In this document: positions 47,862 to 56,230 of the stretch, piece after piece
How the letters are laid out: each line of letters starts with the position of its first letter
Numbering within the stretch: the first letter of the stretch is position 1
Source: Candidatus Calditenuaceae archaeon
GTDB taxonomy: Archaea; Thermoproteota; Nitrososphaeria_A; Caldarchaeales; Calditenuaceae
Length of the DNA stretch: 64,000 bases
Reading direction: 5' to 3'
NCBI GenBank assembly: GCA_025058225.1
Contig: JANXEE010000019.1
Coordinates: 1,938-65,937 of the forward strand
Notes under the pieces: model-generated
Told to the model about the DNA's origin: nothing
Database searches by the model: none
Seen by the model: the letters and a program-made list of their open reading frames with translations, nothing else
Made by a program: the position numbers and the translations under genes

Positions 47862-48009
47862 GGCGCTCTCTAACGATCGCGGTCCGATATTAGCGGTTTG
47901 TGGCCAGATGAGGCTGAAGTGGCCCCGCCTTCACGCGAAGAGTGGGACGGAAAAACTTGAAGATGGGTTCGGCGACGAACCTGTGGATGGCTCGAAACTG
48001 CGGTGAACG

Positions 48010-48306
48010 GTGTTGAGCTACAGGAGGGGCAGGAGGTTCGAGTACGAGGTGAGGGACCTGTTCCGGTCCAAGGGGTGGTTCGTGATAAGGGCAGCCGCGA
48101 GCAAACCGATTGACCTCGTGTGCGTGAAGAAGGGGAGCACGGTACTCGTGGAGTGCAAGTACAGCGACAGACCTACGAGGGCTGAGCTCGAGGAGGTCCG
48201 TACCATCTCGCAGAACATCGGTGTGACAGCCGTGATAGCAATAAAGGAGCGATACGGCAGGATCACCCTCTACGACGCCTTGAGCGGGGAGGAGTTCCAG
48301 CCGTAG
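48010..48306 (+). CDS. hjc: Hjc-family Holliday junction resolvase-like nuclease (short)
   Basis: YRRGRRFEYEVRDLFRSKGWFVIRAAASKPIDLVCVKKGSTVLVECK aligns with the E...D...ExK core of Hjc. At 98 aa it is shorter than the 120-145 aa typical of Hjc. Confidence 0.65.
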   Translation: MLSYRRGRRFEYEVRDLFRSKGWFVIRAAASKPIDLVCVKKGSTVLVECKYSDRPTRAELEEVRTISQNIGVTAVIAIKERYGRITLYDALSGEEFQP

Positions 48307-48307
48307 G

Positions 48308-49393
48308 GTGAACGGGTTGCTGATGGGGAGATACGACCCCGAGGCGGCTAGGAGTTTCGCAGAGAAGGCCGTATCAAGGGCCATCAATGAAGAGCACTTC
48401 AGGAGGACCGAGATCGGACCGCTTTCGAGTTTGGGACTCGGTACCTACCTGGGTGATCTGAACCGAGAGACCGATGAGTTGATGGTGAGTGCAGTGGTTC
48501 GAGCCATCTCCGAGGGCGCGGTGAACGTCGTGGACACAGCGATCAACTACAGGTGGATGGCTTCAGAGCGTTGCGTGGGCAGAGGGCTGAGGGCCCTCGT
48601 CGAATCGGGAGATTTGAACAGGAGGAGCGTGTTAATCTGCACGAAGGCCGGTTACATTTCACACGATCCGATCAGAGGTGAGAGTTACGAGGAGTTCGTT
48701 ACTAAGAGAGTGATAAATGCAGGACTCGCTGGTCCTGAAGACGTTGTCGCGGGCATTCACTGCATAGCGCCCAAGTACGTCGAATGGAGCGTCAAGCGGA
48801 GCCTCGCTAATATGGACCTCGAGACGGTGGACGTTGTTTACCTGCACAACGTGCTAGAGTCACAGGCACCCGTTGTCGGGCGGGCCGAAACCATGAAGAG
48901 GATCGCTAACGCATTCAGGGTTCTAGAAGACCTCAGGGCTGAGGGTTACATCTGCTGGTACGGCATGGCCACTTGGAGCTCGCTTCTAGTCCCAAAGGAA
49001 TCCGAGGAGCACTTGGAGCTCGAAGAGGTAGCGGAGGTCGCCCGTTCAGTTGGTGGGACGTCCAACGGCTTCAAGTTCGTTCAGTTACCCCTGAACTACG
49101 CGATGAGGGGCGCTATTGAGTTGACGAACCAGACGATCCAAGGAGCTGAGTTGAGTCCAGTGGAGGCAGCCAGGAGGTTAGGGCTTATCGTCGTCACAAG
49201 CGCGCCCCTCCTTCAGGGCCGCCTTCTCAAGTGGGCCGGGGCCGTGAGTCAGAGGACCCCGGGCATGACGACTGCTCAAACTCTGATTCAGTTCTGCAGG
49301 AGGACACAGGTCACCACGACGCTTGTTGGCGCTAAGTCACCGGATCATGTCAAGGAGCTGATAGAACTCGCTAAGGTGGCACCCTCCCTCTGA
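48308..49393 (+). CDS. aldo/keto reductase
   Basis: LGLGTYLG, VVDTAINY and VDVVYLHN are AKR family motifs. The protein is 361 aa. Confidence 0.85.
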   Translation: MNGLLMGRYDPEAARSFAEKAVSRAINEEHFRRTEIGPLSSLGLGTYLGDLNRETDELMVSAVVRAISEGAVNVVDTAINYRWMASERCVGRGLRALVESGDLNRRSVLICTKAGYISHDPIRGESYEEFVTKRVINAGLAGPEDVVAGIHCIAPKYVEWSVKRSLANMDLETVDVVYLHNVLESQAPVVGRAETMKRIANAFRVLEDLRAEGYICWYGMATWSSLLVPKESEEHLELEEVAEVARSVGGTSNGFKFVQLPLNYAMRGAIELTNQTIQGAELSPVEAARRLGLIVVTSAPLLQGRLLKWAGAVSQRTPGMTTAQTLIQFCRRTQVTTTLVGAKSPDHVKELIELAKVAPSL

Positions 49394-49404
49394 TCCTGGC
49401 CGAA

Positions 49405-50049
49405 ATGGGCCGCTTGTTCTGGGTGGGAATAGATCTCACCGGGAACCCCAAGAGAATGTCCGCAGCGGCCCTCGTCGGCAGAAGACAAGCGACCGTTGAG
49501 TGGATAGGGTCGGACGAAGAAATTGTCGCTCGCCTATCCGGCCTGAGGCCGAGGGTGGTGGCGATCGACGCACCGCTCTCCTTTCCCAGTAACGGAGTGC
49601 ACCTGAGGTCGTGCGATAAGGAAGTGCGGAGACTCGGTGTAAGCATACTCCCTCCGACCCTCGGTCCCATGAGGCACCTCACCGACAGAGGGATCCGGTT
49701 AAGCGGTTACCTCAAGTCGGCGGGGGTCGCGGTGATAGAGACCTACCCAAGGGCTGTGCACAGGCTGATGGGCTGGCTAGGGCCCGGTGAAAGACCCTCG
49801 GCCAGGACGCTCAGGTCTCTTCACGAGCATTTCCCGATCAGGGTGAAAACAGATGTGAACGAGCACGCCATCGATGCCCTCACCTGTGCCTGGGTAGCGT
49901 ATCTCCACTGGACGGGGAAAACGGTAGAGTTGGGAGACCCTCGAGAGGGGACCATAGCCTTGCCGCGCGCTTGCATCACTCCCTCAAGGCGTAGTCCTCG
50001 GACTTCCAGACGTAGCCACAGCCGTTACAGTAGAACGACCAGATCTTGA
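49405..50049 (+). CDS. DUF429-like predicted RNase H-fold protein
   Basis: GIDLTG...VVAIDAPLSFP...HAIDALTCAW fits the DUF429 pattern. The Arg/Ser-rich last 25 aa overlap the convergent gene and may not be genuine. Confidence 0.6.
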   Translation: MGRLFWVGIDLTGNPKRMSAAALVGRRQATVEWIGSDEEIVARLSGLRPRVVAIDAPLSFPSNGVHLRSCDKEVRRLGVSILPPTLGPMRHLTDRGIRLSGYLKSAGVAVIETYPRAVHRLMGWLGPGERPSARTLRSLHEHFPIRVKTDVNEHAIDALTCAWVAYLHWTGKTVELGDPREGTIALPRACITPSRRSPRTSRRSHSRYSRTTRS

Positions 50050-50542
50050 CCACCTTGCTGTCCTCTGGGACCAGAGGTATGGTCAGGAACCCACCGCACT
50101 TGGGGCACCTCTCCCTCATGTAGCTCTTCCAAACCTTCACGGCGACGAAGACCTGATCGCCTAACGTCAGCCCGGTAGACGAGAACCCGGCCGATAGCAG
50201 CTCAGATTCAACGAGTACCCGGTCCAGACCGAGTTTCGATACCAACACCCCTCCTACCTCAAGGACCCTGTTAACTTCCTGTAAGTCGATGTGTTTCAGC
50301 AGGGACTGGTCGTCATGGACCGCGATGAACAACTGCAGAGACGACGACCTCAGGGGAAGATCCGATCCCGAGCGAACCCTGTCAACTACCTCTGGACTAT
50401 CGCTGTGAAACTCCAAGAGCTCGACCCTCAGCCACCCCTCTTCATCCGGGGAGACGGTGACTGCCCTCAATTTCTCGCTCGCTATCAGAAAGCCGGCCTT
50501 CAGGACCTCATGAAACACCAGCGCCTCGATCGTACTGTCCAA
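49976..50542 (-). CDS. hypothetical protein, methyltransferase-like remnant + C-terminal zinc ribbon
   Basis: LQEVNRVLEVGGVLV resembles the post-II region of class I methyltransferases, but no GxGxG motif is present. The C-terminus is CPKCGG...CNGCG. Confidence 0.5.
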   Translation of the reverse strand: MDSTIEALVFHEVLKAGFLIASEKLRAVTVSPDEEGWLRVELLEFHSDSPEVVDRVRSGSDLPLRSSSLQLFIAVHDDQSLLKHIDLQEVNRVLEVGGVLVSKLGLDRVLVESELLSAGFSSTGLTLGDQVFVAVKVWKSYMRERCPKCGGFLTIPLVPEDSKVVKIWSFYCNGCGYVWKSEDYALRE

Positions 50543-50584
50543 CCTACCGAATACGACTCGACTCGCTCAAAAATCGATCACCTC

Positions 50585-51901
50585 TCAGAGGAACCCCCTT
50601 TCCTTCATCACCGACGCGAGAACGTCGTCGCCGTATACCTCGAGCTCGTAACGGATGTTAACCTGAGGTCTTTCTATCCCTAGAAGCCTGGTAACGTCAA
50701 TCGGTGAGGAGTTGACGATTGCCTCCGGGTCGCACCTGATGATCGTCTCCCTGAGGTCTCTGCACTGCTGTGGAGTGTACCCCATTGAAGGCAATACCGG
50801 ACCGATGTGACTGAACTCCTTGTAAACTCTCTCGATCTCCCCGACAGCGAAGGGCCTCGGGTCGACCACCAAGGCACCTTTCTCCACAGCTACAGCGAAA
50901 CCGGCAGCGTGGGTCATACCGCCGTGGGTGACTGAGGGTGCGTCCTCAACAACCACCACCTTTCTCCCTAAAAGATCGATTTCACCCTCGACGCTGATCT
51001 TGGCACCCGCGAGCGTCGTCAACGCCCTCGGGTTGTAGTGCCTGACGTTCCTCATTATCAGCTCGACGTTCTCTTTGGGCGCGACGTTGACCTTGTTTAT
51101 TATGACTACATCTGCTGAAATCAAGTTTACCAGACCAGGGTAATAGGAGACCTCGCTGCCGGGTCGCAACGCGTCAAGCACCACCACGTGCAACGTCGGC
51201 TCGAAGAAGGGAAAGTCGTTGTTCCCGCCGTCCCAAACGATCACCTCCGCCTCCCTCTCCGCCTCCTTGAGGACCTCGGCGTAGTCGATCCCCGCGTAGA
51301 CGACGTTCCCCTCCCTCACGTGCGGCTCGTACTCCTCTCTCTCCTCGAAGGTGCACCCGTACGTGTCAAGGTCCCCGAAGCTCGAGAACCTCTGGACCGG
51401 GTGCCTGAGGTCGCCGTAGGGCATCGGATGTCTGACGATCACGAATTTCTTACCTTTAGATTTGAGCAGCCTAGCTATGTACCGGGTTACAGTGCTCTTC
51501 CCGGCCCCGGTCCTTGCGGCAGTGACCGCGATCACCGGTTTGCTGCTCTTCAAACAGGTCGACCTCGGACCGAGAAGCGCGAAGTCCGCCCCGCATGAGA
51601 GCGCGGTTGAGGCCTTCCTCATGACGTCCTCATGGTGGAGGTCACTGTATGACAGGACCACCAAGTCAACCTCATTCTCTTTCACGATCTTTGGCAGCTC
51701 CTCCTCCGAGTAGATCGGAACGCCGTTGGGATAGAGCTCGCCCGAGAGTGGGAAGGGGTAAACCCTGTCAGCTATGCCCGGTATCTGAGCTGCCGTGAAG
51801 GCAATCACCTCGTAGCTGGGGTCGTTCCTGAAGACGACGTTGAAGTTGTGGAAGTCCCTTCCTGCTGCGCCCATTATCACGACCTTCCTCCGCCTCGACA
51901 T
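50585..51901 (-). CDS. COG2403-type P-loop protein (predicted GTPase / cyclic 2,3-diphosphoglycerate synthetase-like)
   Basis: 438 aa with VVIMGAAGRDFHNFN at the N-terminus and a central P-loop AARTGAGKSTV followed by VIVRHPMPYGDL. Confidence 0.65.
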   Translation of the reverse strand: MSRRRKVVIMGAAGRDFHNFNVVFRNDPSYEVIAFTAAQIPGIADRVYPFPLSGELYPNGVPIYSEEELPKIVKENEVDLVVLSYSDLHHEDVMRKASTALSCGADFALLGPRSTCLKSSKPVIAVTAARTGAGKSTVTRYIARLLKSKGKKFVIVRHPMPYGDLRHPVQRFSSFGDLDTYGCTFEEREEYEPHVREGNVVYAGIDYAEVLKEAEREAEVIVWDGGNNDFPFFEPTLHVVVLDALRPGSEVSYYPGLVNLISADVVIINKVNVAPKENVELIMRNVRHYNPRALTTLAGAKISVEGEIDLLGRKVVVVEDAPSVTHGGMTHAAGFAVAVEKGALVVDPRPFAVGEIERVYKEFSHIGPVLPSMGYTPQQCRDLRETIIRCDPEAIVNSSPIDVTRLLGIERPQVNIRYELEVYGDDVLASVMKERGFL

Positions 51902-52053
51902 GCCATCCCCTTTCTGGTAATCCGGCGTATCTTGATGTTAAGATGTTGGCGCGAAGTGAAGTGTCACGGGTACGCGTCAGTATTATCGCATAAATGTGTA
52001 TATTATTTCATACAGATCGAAAAATTCATGCCGAACCAGCCGTGGGAATAGCT

Positions 52054-53499
52054 GTGAGCGCCGGAAAGGACACGATCAGGCTCGGGCTCAACCTCCCGAT
52101 GTTCGTCGCGGCGATGGTGGCGATAGGCTCGGGGACGCTGGTCGGGATGATGGGGGTCTGGGGAGCCGCTGCGTGGGGGCGACCGGTCCCCGAGTGGGAG
52201 AAGGTCGGTCACGCGCACACCGCTTGGTGGGCCGTGCTGATCATCATCGCAGCGATGGTGCTCCCGAGTCTAAGCATCAAGCCGTGGGTGAAGAAGCTGA
52301 TCGTCGCGGGGACGTTCGTGGGGCCCGTGCTCTGGACCGGAGTATTGGCGTCTTACTACGAAATAGGAGGGCCCGCGCTGTGGCGCGTCGAAGCACCTCT
52401 CGGACCCATCGCCTACTACGAGCTGCCGGTCCTCGGGGTGATCGCGGCCTTCCTCGAGTTCCTTGGATTCATCGCGCTGGGGGTCGTCGGACTGTCCGCG
52501 GGTGGCGTTAGGCTGCCGCTGATCTCGGCCGAGTCGCCACCGCCGAAGTCCAAGTACGAGCTCCTGACGAACATAGAAGTCCCGAGGAAGGTCTTCCTGG
52601 TCCCGACGCTCGCCATCGCGCTCAGCGTCGTCATAGGCTTCGCGATCACGGGCGTCTTCAAGGTGACCCACACACCGATCAGGCCCGCTGCCCTCGTCCA
52701 GCTCCACGACCACGTCGCGCTCTTCGCGGTCAGCTCTATGATCATCCTGATCGGGATGAGCGTCCTCGGGGTCACCGAGCGGGTCCAGCGGCTCGGCTAC
52801 AAGCTGATGGTGATCTCGCTGCCCCTCGTGACCGCGGGCCTCTTCGCCTTCAACTTCCTGGGGGTCCACAGCGTGGTTTGGGTAGTGCCAGCAGCCATTT
52901 ACTACGTGCTGCTCCTTTTGATGATCCCGGCCGCGTTCGGTTACTTCTCCGCCAAGCCCGCCGCCGAGAGGGGGGTCAGCGGACCTCATGTCCCGGCCTA
53001 CAGGTGGGGAATCGCGGTAATTTTCATCGGGATAGCCGTGACCGTCGCGATAGGAGCGAGCATCGCCATGATCTGGGACTCGAACCCGCACGTCACCGTG
53101 ACCTACAGGCAGCCCGAGGGCTCACCGTACCCAGGACCTTATCCGGCGAAGTACATCGGCACCGCTCCCGCGAGGGGGACGCCGAGGGGCTGGGAGCTCG
53201 CCCACTTCAGCGCGGGCAGTTGGTACCACGTCGCGGCGGTCTGGATGATCACCCTATTGGTCTTCGGGCCGTCGCTGCTCGGCGCCCGCATAGGACTACT
53301 GGTACTGCTCGCCGCACTGATACCGCTCGCGCCGACCTTCAACCTGGCCTCGAGGTTCCTTACTTGGTTCGGGATACCGAACAGTCCGGGGGCGCTGTGG
53401 TTCGGGGGCCATCCATCGATGGGCTTCGCGATCATCGCGCTCTTCATCATCGGCGTGGCGTCGATTTACCTCATCGCGAAGGGCAAGAAGCAGACCTAG
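52054..53499 (+). CDS. His/Trp-rich 12-TM membrane protein, unknown family (paralog 2)
   Basis: The start is set at GTG 52054 by alignment with paralog 1 (VSAGKDTIRLGLN vs MRAEINTIRIGLN). It carries the same motifs and the same C-terminus YLIAKGKKQT. The ORF-track ATG at 51994 is also possible. Confidence 0.8.
   Translation: MSAGKDTIRLGLNLPMFVAAMVAIGSGTLVGMMGVWGAAAWGRPVPEWEKVGHAHTAWWAVLIIIAAMVLPSLSIKPWVKKLIVAGTFVGPVLWTGVLASYYEIGGPALWRVEAPLGPIAYYELPVLGVIAAFLEFLGFIALGVVGLSAGGVRLPLISAESPPPKSKYELLTNIEVPRKVFLVPTLAIALSVVIGFAITGVFKVTHTPIRPAALVQLHDHVALFAVSSMIILIGMSVLGVTERVQRLGYKLMVISLPLVTAGLFAFNFLGVHSVVWVVPAAIYYVLLLLMIPAAFGYFSAKPAAERGVSGPHVPAYRWGIAVIFIGIAVTVAIGASIAMIWDSNPHVTVTYRQPEGSPYPGPYPAKYIGTAPARGTPRGWELAHFSAGSWYHVAAVWMITLLVFGPSLLGARIGLLVLLAALIPLAPTFNLASRFLTWFGIPNSPGALWFGGHPSMGFAIIALFIIGVASIYLIAKGKKQT
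52504..52563 (+). repeat. 60-nt tract 59/60 identical to 43585..43644
   Basis: See the partner feature. It encodes GVRLPLISAESPPPKSKYEL in both copies. Confidence 0.85.
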
Positions 53500-53527
53500 C
53501 GCCTTCTCCGAAATCAAATTCTCCTTC

Positions 53528-53532
53528 TTTTT
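53528..53532 (+). terminator. T5 tract downstream of paralog 2
   Basis: CTCCTTCTTTTTGTTG begins about 25 nt after the stop. Confidence 0.35.
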
Positions 53533-53576
53533 GTTGAAACACTCTTGATTCAATCACCCTCAGCTGGACAACCAGA

Positions 53577-53650
53577 TGGGCCCGGTGGGATTCGAACCCA
53601 CGACCTTCCGGTTATCAGCCGGACGCTCCGCCAGGCTGAGCTACGGGCCC
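53577..53650 (-). tRNA. tRNA-Ile (anticodon GAU)
   Basis: The minus-strand read GGGCCCGTAGCTCAGCCTGGCGGAGCGTCCGGCTGATAACCGGAAGGTCGTGGGTTCGAATCCCACCGGGCCCA folds as a full cloverleaf. The anticodon loop is CTGATAA and the T-loop is TTCGAAT. No CCA is encoded and there is no intron. Confidence 0.92.
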
Positions 53651-53821
53651 TAACGATCGACCCCTCGGGTCTCTATTTAGCCTCTCTTCAGGAGAAGGTC
53701 GAAGGTCGCGTCTCGGGTCCTCCGCGTGCCTACAGAACGAGCTGCGGGATGGAATCCTACGCTGCGACGAGAGCCGTGAGCCTCGCGTCAGGTTGGGCCG
53801 AGCTGATAACACGTACGACCC

Positions 53822-53828
53822 AAAAAAA
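53822..53828 (-). terminator. T7 tract within an inverted repeat downstream of the SDR gene
   Basis: Minus strand reads CGACCCA...ATTTTTTTGGGTCG, 25-31 nt after the stop at 53853. Confidence 0.45.
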
Positions 53829-53852
53829 TGTGGAGCGGTACGGCTGGGTCGT

Positions 53853-54623
53853 TCACGCGGACTGCTCGCCTAACGGGTCGAACCTTCCGTCGATCGCTGT
53901 CCATCCACCGTCGATCGTTATCACGGAGCCCGTGATGTAGCTCCCCGCGTCCGAGGCAAGTAATATCACCGGACCCACGATCTCCGACGGGCTAGCCCAC
54001 CTCCTCAGGGCAGTCTTCTCCGCGTAAGCCCTCGCCCAATCCGGCCTCCTCTTGATCTGCTCGACGAACGGCGTGTCGACGATCCCCGGCGCCACCGCGT
54101 TTGCCCTGATTCCGTACGGCGCGAGCTCCGCCGCCAGCGCTTTCACCAACTGCACGACCGCGGCCTTGGTCATCGCGTATGGACCCTGACCCGGCTCGAC
54201 GACGAACGCCCTTATCGACGAGATCAAGACGACGCTTCCCTTCCCTGACCTCTTCAGGGCCGGGATCGCCTCCTTGACCGTTGCGAAGGCCCCGAAGAGG
54301 TTCACGTCGACCACCTTCCTGAACTCCTCGTAGGTATAGTCCTCGACCCGCTTCCTGAAGTTGACTGCAGGTGTGACGACCAGCACGTGTAGCACCTCGA
54401 CCCTCGACATCAGCTCCCGTATCGAGCTCAGGTCCGTGACGTCGACGTAATGCGCCTCGTCGCCGACCTCCGCCGCGCCCTTCACGTCCTTGTCCGCCGC
54501 AATCACGTGGGCCCCGAACTCCCTCAGCCCCTGCGACACCGCCCTCCCGATCCCAGACGCCGCACCGATGACGAGAGCTTTCCTCCCGGTAAGGTCGAAG
54601 AGCTCCCTGTACACTCCGGTCAC
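53853..54623 (-). CDS. short-chain dehydrogenase/reductase
   Basis: GAASGIGRAV, a YAMTKAA catalytic motif and PGIVDTP. The GTG start at 54623 overlaps the stop of the upstream transporter (GTGA). The ORF-track start at 54725 lies inside that gene. Confidence 0.85.
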   Translation of the reverse strand: MTGVYRELFDLTGRKALVIGAASGIGRAVSQGLREFGAHVIAADKDVKGAAEVGDEAHYVDVTDLSSIRELMSRVEVLHVLVVTPAVNFRKRVEDYTYEEFRKVVDVNLFGAFATVKEAIPALKRSGKGSVVLISSIRAFVVEPGQGPYAMTKAAVVQLVKALAAELAPYGIRANAVAPGIVDTPFVEQIKRRPDWARAYAEKTALRRWASPSEIVGPVILLASDAGSYITGSVITIDGGWTAIDGRFDPLGEQSA

Positions 54624-56074
54624 CGGCCCGTTATCGACCTGATCAGGACCGGCACCTGAATCTGCAGGTACCAGAGGACGAGGTAGATGTACACCGCGGT
54701 CGAGACCAACCCGACGATCAGCCACGGCGTCGAGGGCCTCAACCAGCTACCAGCGTGCTTCGGGAGGACGTAGTAGTTGATGACCAGCATCGCGACGTAG
54801 AGGACCGGCATCGCGATGAAGTTGAAGACGCCTCCCCAAAGGATCAGCGTCGCTGGGTCCCCGATCAGGAGGTTCGTGGAAGTGACGACCGCGAAGACCC
54901 CGACCAGCGCGTAATACCACCACCTGTAGGACTTCTTCCTGGCCGACTGAAAGTGTGTAAGGATCGACTCGCTGTACATCCTGCAGACTAGGTCGAGGAT
55001 CACGATGTAGGTATCGACGATCAGCATCGCCGCGACGAAGAGGAAGAGCCTGAACCCGACCTCGCCGAGGTAGAACCCGAAGAACTGGCCCTGCTCGACG
55101 ACCAGCGCGTAGCCGCCTGGGGCCCTGCCCTGCGGGTGGAGGATGGCGTACGCGAGGAACATCATCAACATCGTCGTCAGGAGGTTGATGAAGACGCCCC
55201 AGCTGTTGTTGAGGTAGACCGTCTTCATCCAACCCCTGTAGTTCCTTTTGTCCTCTTCGGACCCTTCGGGGAGGTATCCGGTGAGCTGGACCGGCTCAGG
55301 CTTTCCGGTTATCGGGCTGGTGATCCTCCCGATCAGCCCTCCCATCCCTGCGTTCGCGTCCCTGATCCAGTACGCGTAGGCGAGCTGGAAGAACCCCCCG
55401 AGCCCTGCGAAGGCGATCGCGGTCACTAGGAGCCCCGCGTCCCTAGGGTCCCAATTGGCTGGGAACGGCCTCGGCGTGAAGATGGCTGCTGCGAACTCCG
55501 GCCACTTCGGCCAGAGGAGTGGGTTGAGGGCCGCTATGACCACACCTCCGGCGCCGATTACGATGCAGACCTTCAGGAGCCACTCGAGGCCCTTGTAGAC
55601 TACCGGGAATAGAGTCAGGCCGAGGATTGAGAACACCATCGTGACGTAAGCCCAGAAGGTCGTCTGCTCCCTGATCCCCCAGCCCGGCGGAAACCCGGTG
55701 AGGAAGGCTATCGCGTTCCCCGCAGCACCCGCGTACCCTCCCCACGCCGAGAGAGTCACGATCGCCATCGCCCACAGCAGTATCGAGAAAGCCCTGTTCA
55801 GCCTCGCGAACCCGACCCAAGTTGACTCTCCCGTGATGACGACGTACCTCGCCAGCTCGAGGTTGATCCACCACTGGAGTAACGCTGCGGGCACCAGCAG
55901 CCAGACGAAGGCCAGGCCGTACTTCGCCGATAGCGTCGGCCACCAGATCAGCTCTCCGCTCCCGAAGGCGAACGAGGCCAGCACGTATCCGGGCCCTAAA
56001 AGCGCCAGCGGAGGGAGCGCAGCTGGCATCCTCGCCCTCATCATATTCGCGAAGGAGAGCTTCCCCTCTCCCAT
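54620..56074 (-). CDS. Nramp-related (APC/LeuT-fold) transporter lacking the canonical DPGN/MPH metal motifs
   Basis: The start is at ATG 56074 (MGEGKLSF). LLGPGYVLASFAFGSGELIWWPTLSAKYG aligns with MntH [28 protein letters not shown]. The protein is 484 aa with about 11-12 TM segments. Confidence 0.75.
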   Translation of the reverse strand: MGEGKLSFANMMRARMPAALPPLALLGPGYVLASFAFGSGELIWWPTLSAKYGLAFVWLLVPAALLQWWINLELARYVVITGESTWVGFARLNRAFSILLWAMAIVTLSAWGGYAGAAGNAIAFLTGFPPGWGIREQTTFWAYVTMVFSILGLTLFPVVYKGLEWLLKVCIVIGAGGVVIAALNPLLWPKWPEFAAAIFTPRPFPANWDPRDAGLLVTAIAFAGLGGFFQLAYAYWIRDANAGMGGLIGRITSPITGKPEPVQLTGYLPEGSEEDKRNYRGWMKTVYLNNSWGVFINLLTTMLMMFLAYAILHPQGRAPGGYALVVEQGQFFGFYLGEVGFRLFLFVAAMLIVDTYIVILDLVCRMYSESILTHFQSARKKSYRWWYYALVGVFAVVTSTNLLIGDPATLILWGGVFNFIAMPVLYVAMLVINYYVLPKHAGSWLRPSTPWLIVGLVSTAVYIYLVLWYLQIQVPVLIRSITGR

Positions 56075-56096
56075 CGCGCCACAACTATGAGTAACC

Positions 56097-56105
56097 TTAA
56101 TATAA
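56097..56105 (-). promoter_or_regulatory. TATA-like box for the Nramp-like/SDR operon
   Basis: Minus strand reads TTATATTAA, 23-31 nt upstream of the ATG at 56074, implying a leaderless or very short leader transcript. Confidence 0.45.
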
Positions 56106-56230
56106 GGATGGTGAGCGCAGTTAAACAACTGGATCGCTCGGGATTTCCCTCGTCGGAGTCGTCGCAGCCCATGGCGACTCGTCGGGCTCACAACAGTTAA
56201 AATCGCCCTCGTATCGGACTTCAGGAGGCC

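Noticed and set aside
53500-53650. tRNA-Ile (and tRNA-Val at 12282-12354) as integration sites of a genomic island.
   Set aside because: There is no adjacent integrase and I could find no repeat of the tRNA 3' half in the window. The flanking genes are ordinary metabolic genes with host-like composition.
53545-53940. 131-aa + strand ORF.
   Set aside because: It overlaps tRNA-Ile antisense and the 3' end of the SDR gene, and its composition is non-coding-like.
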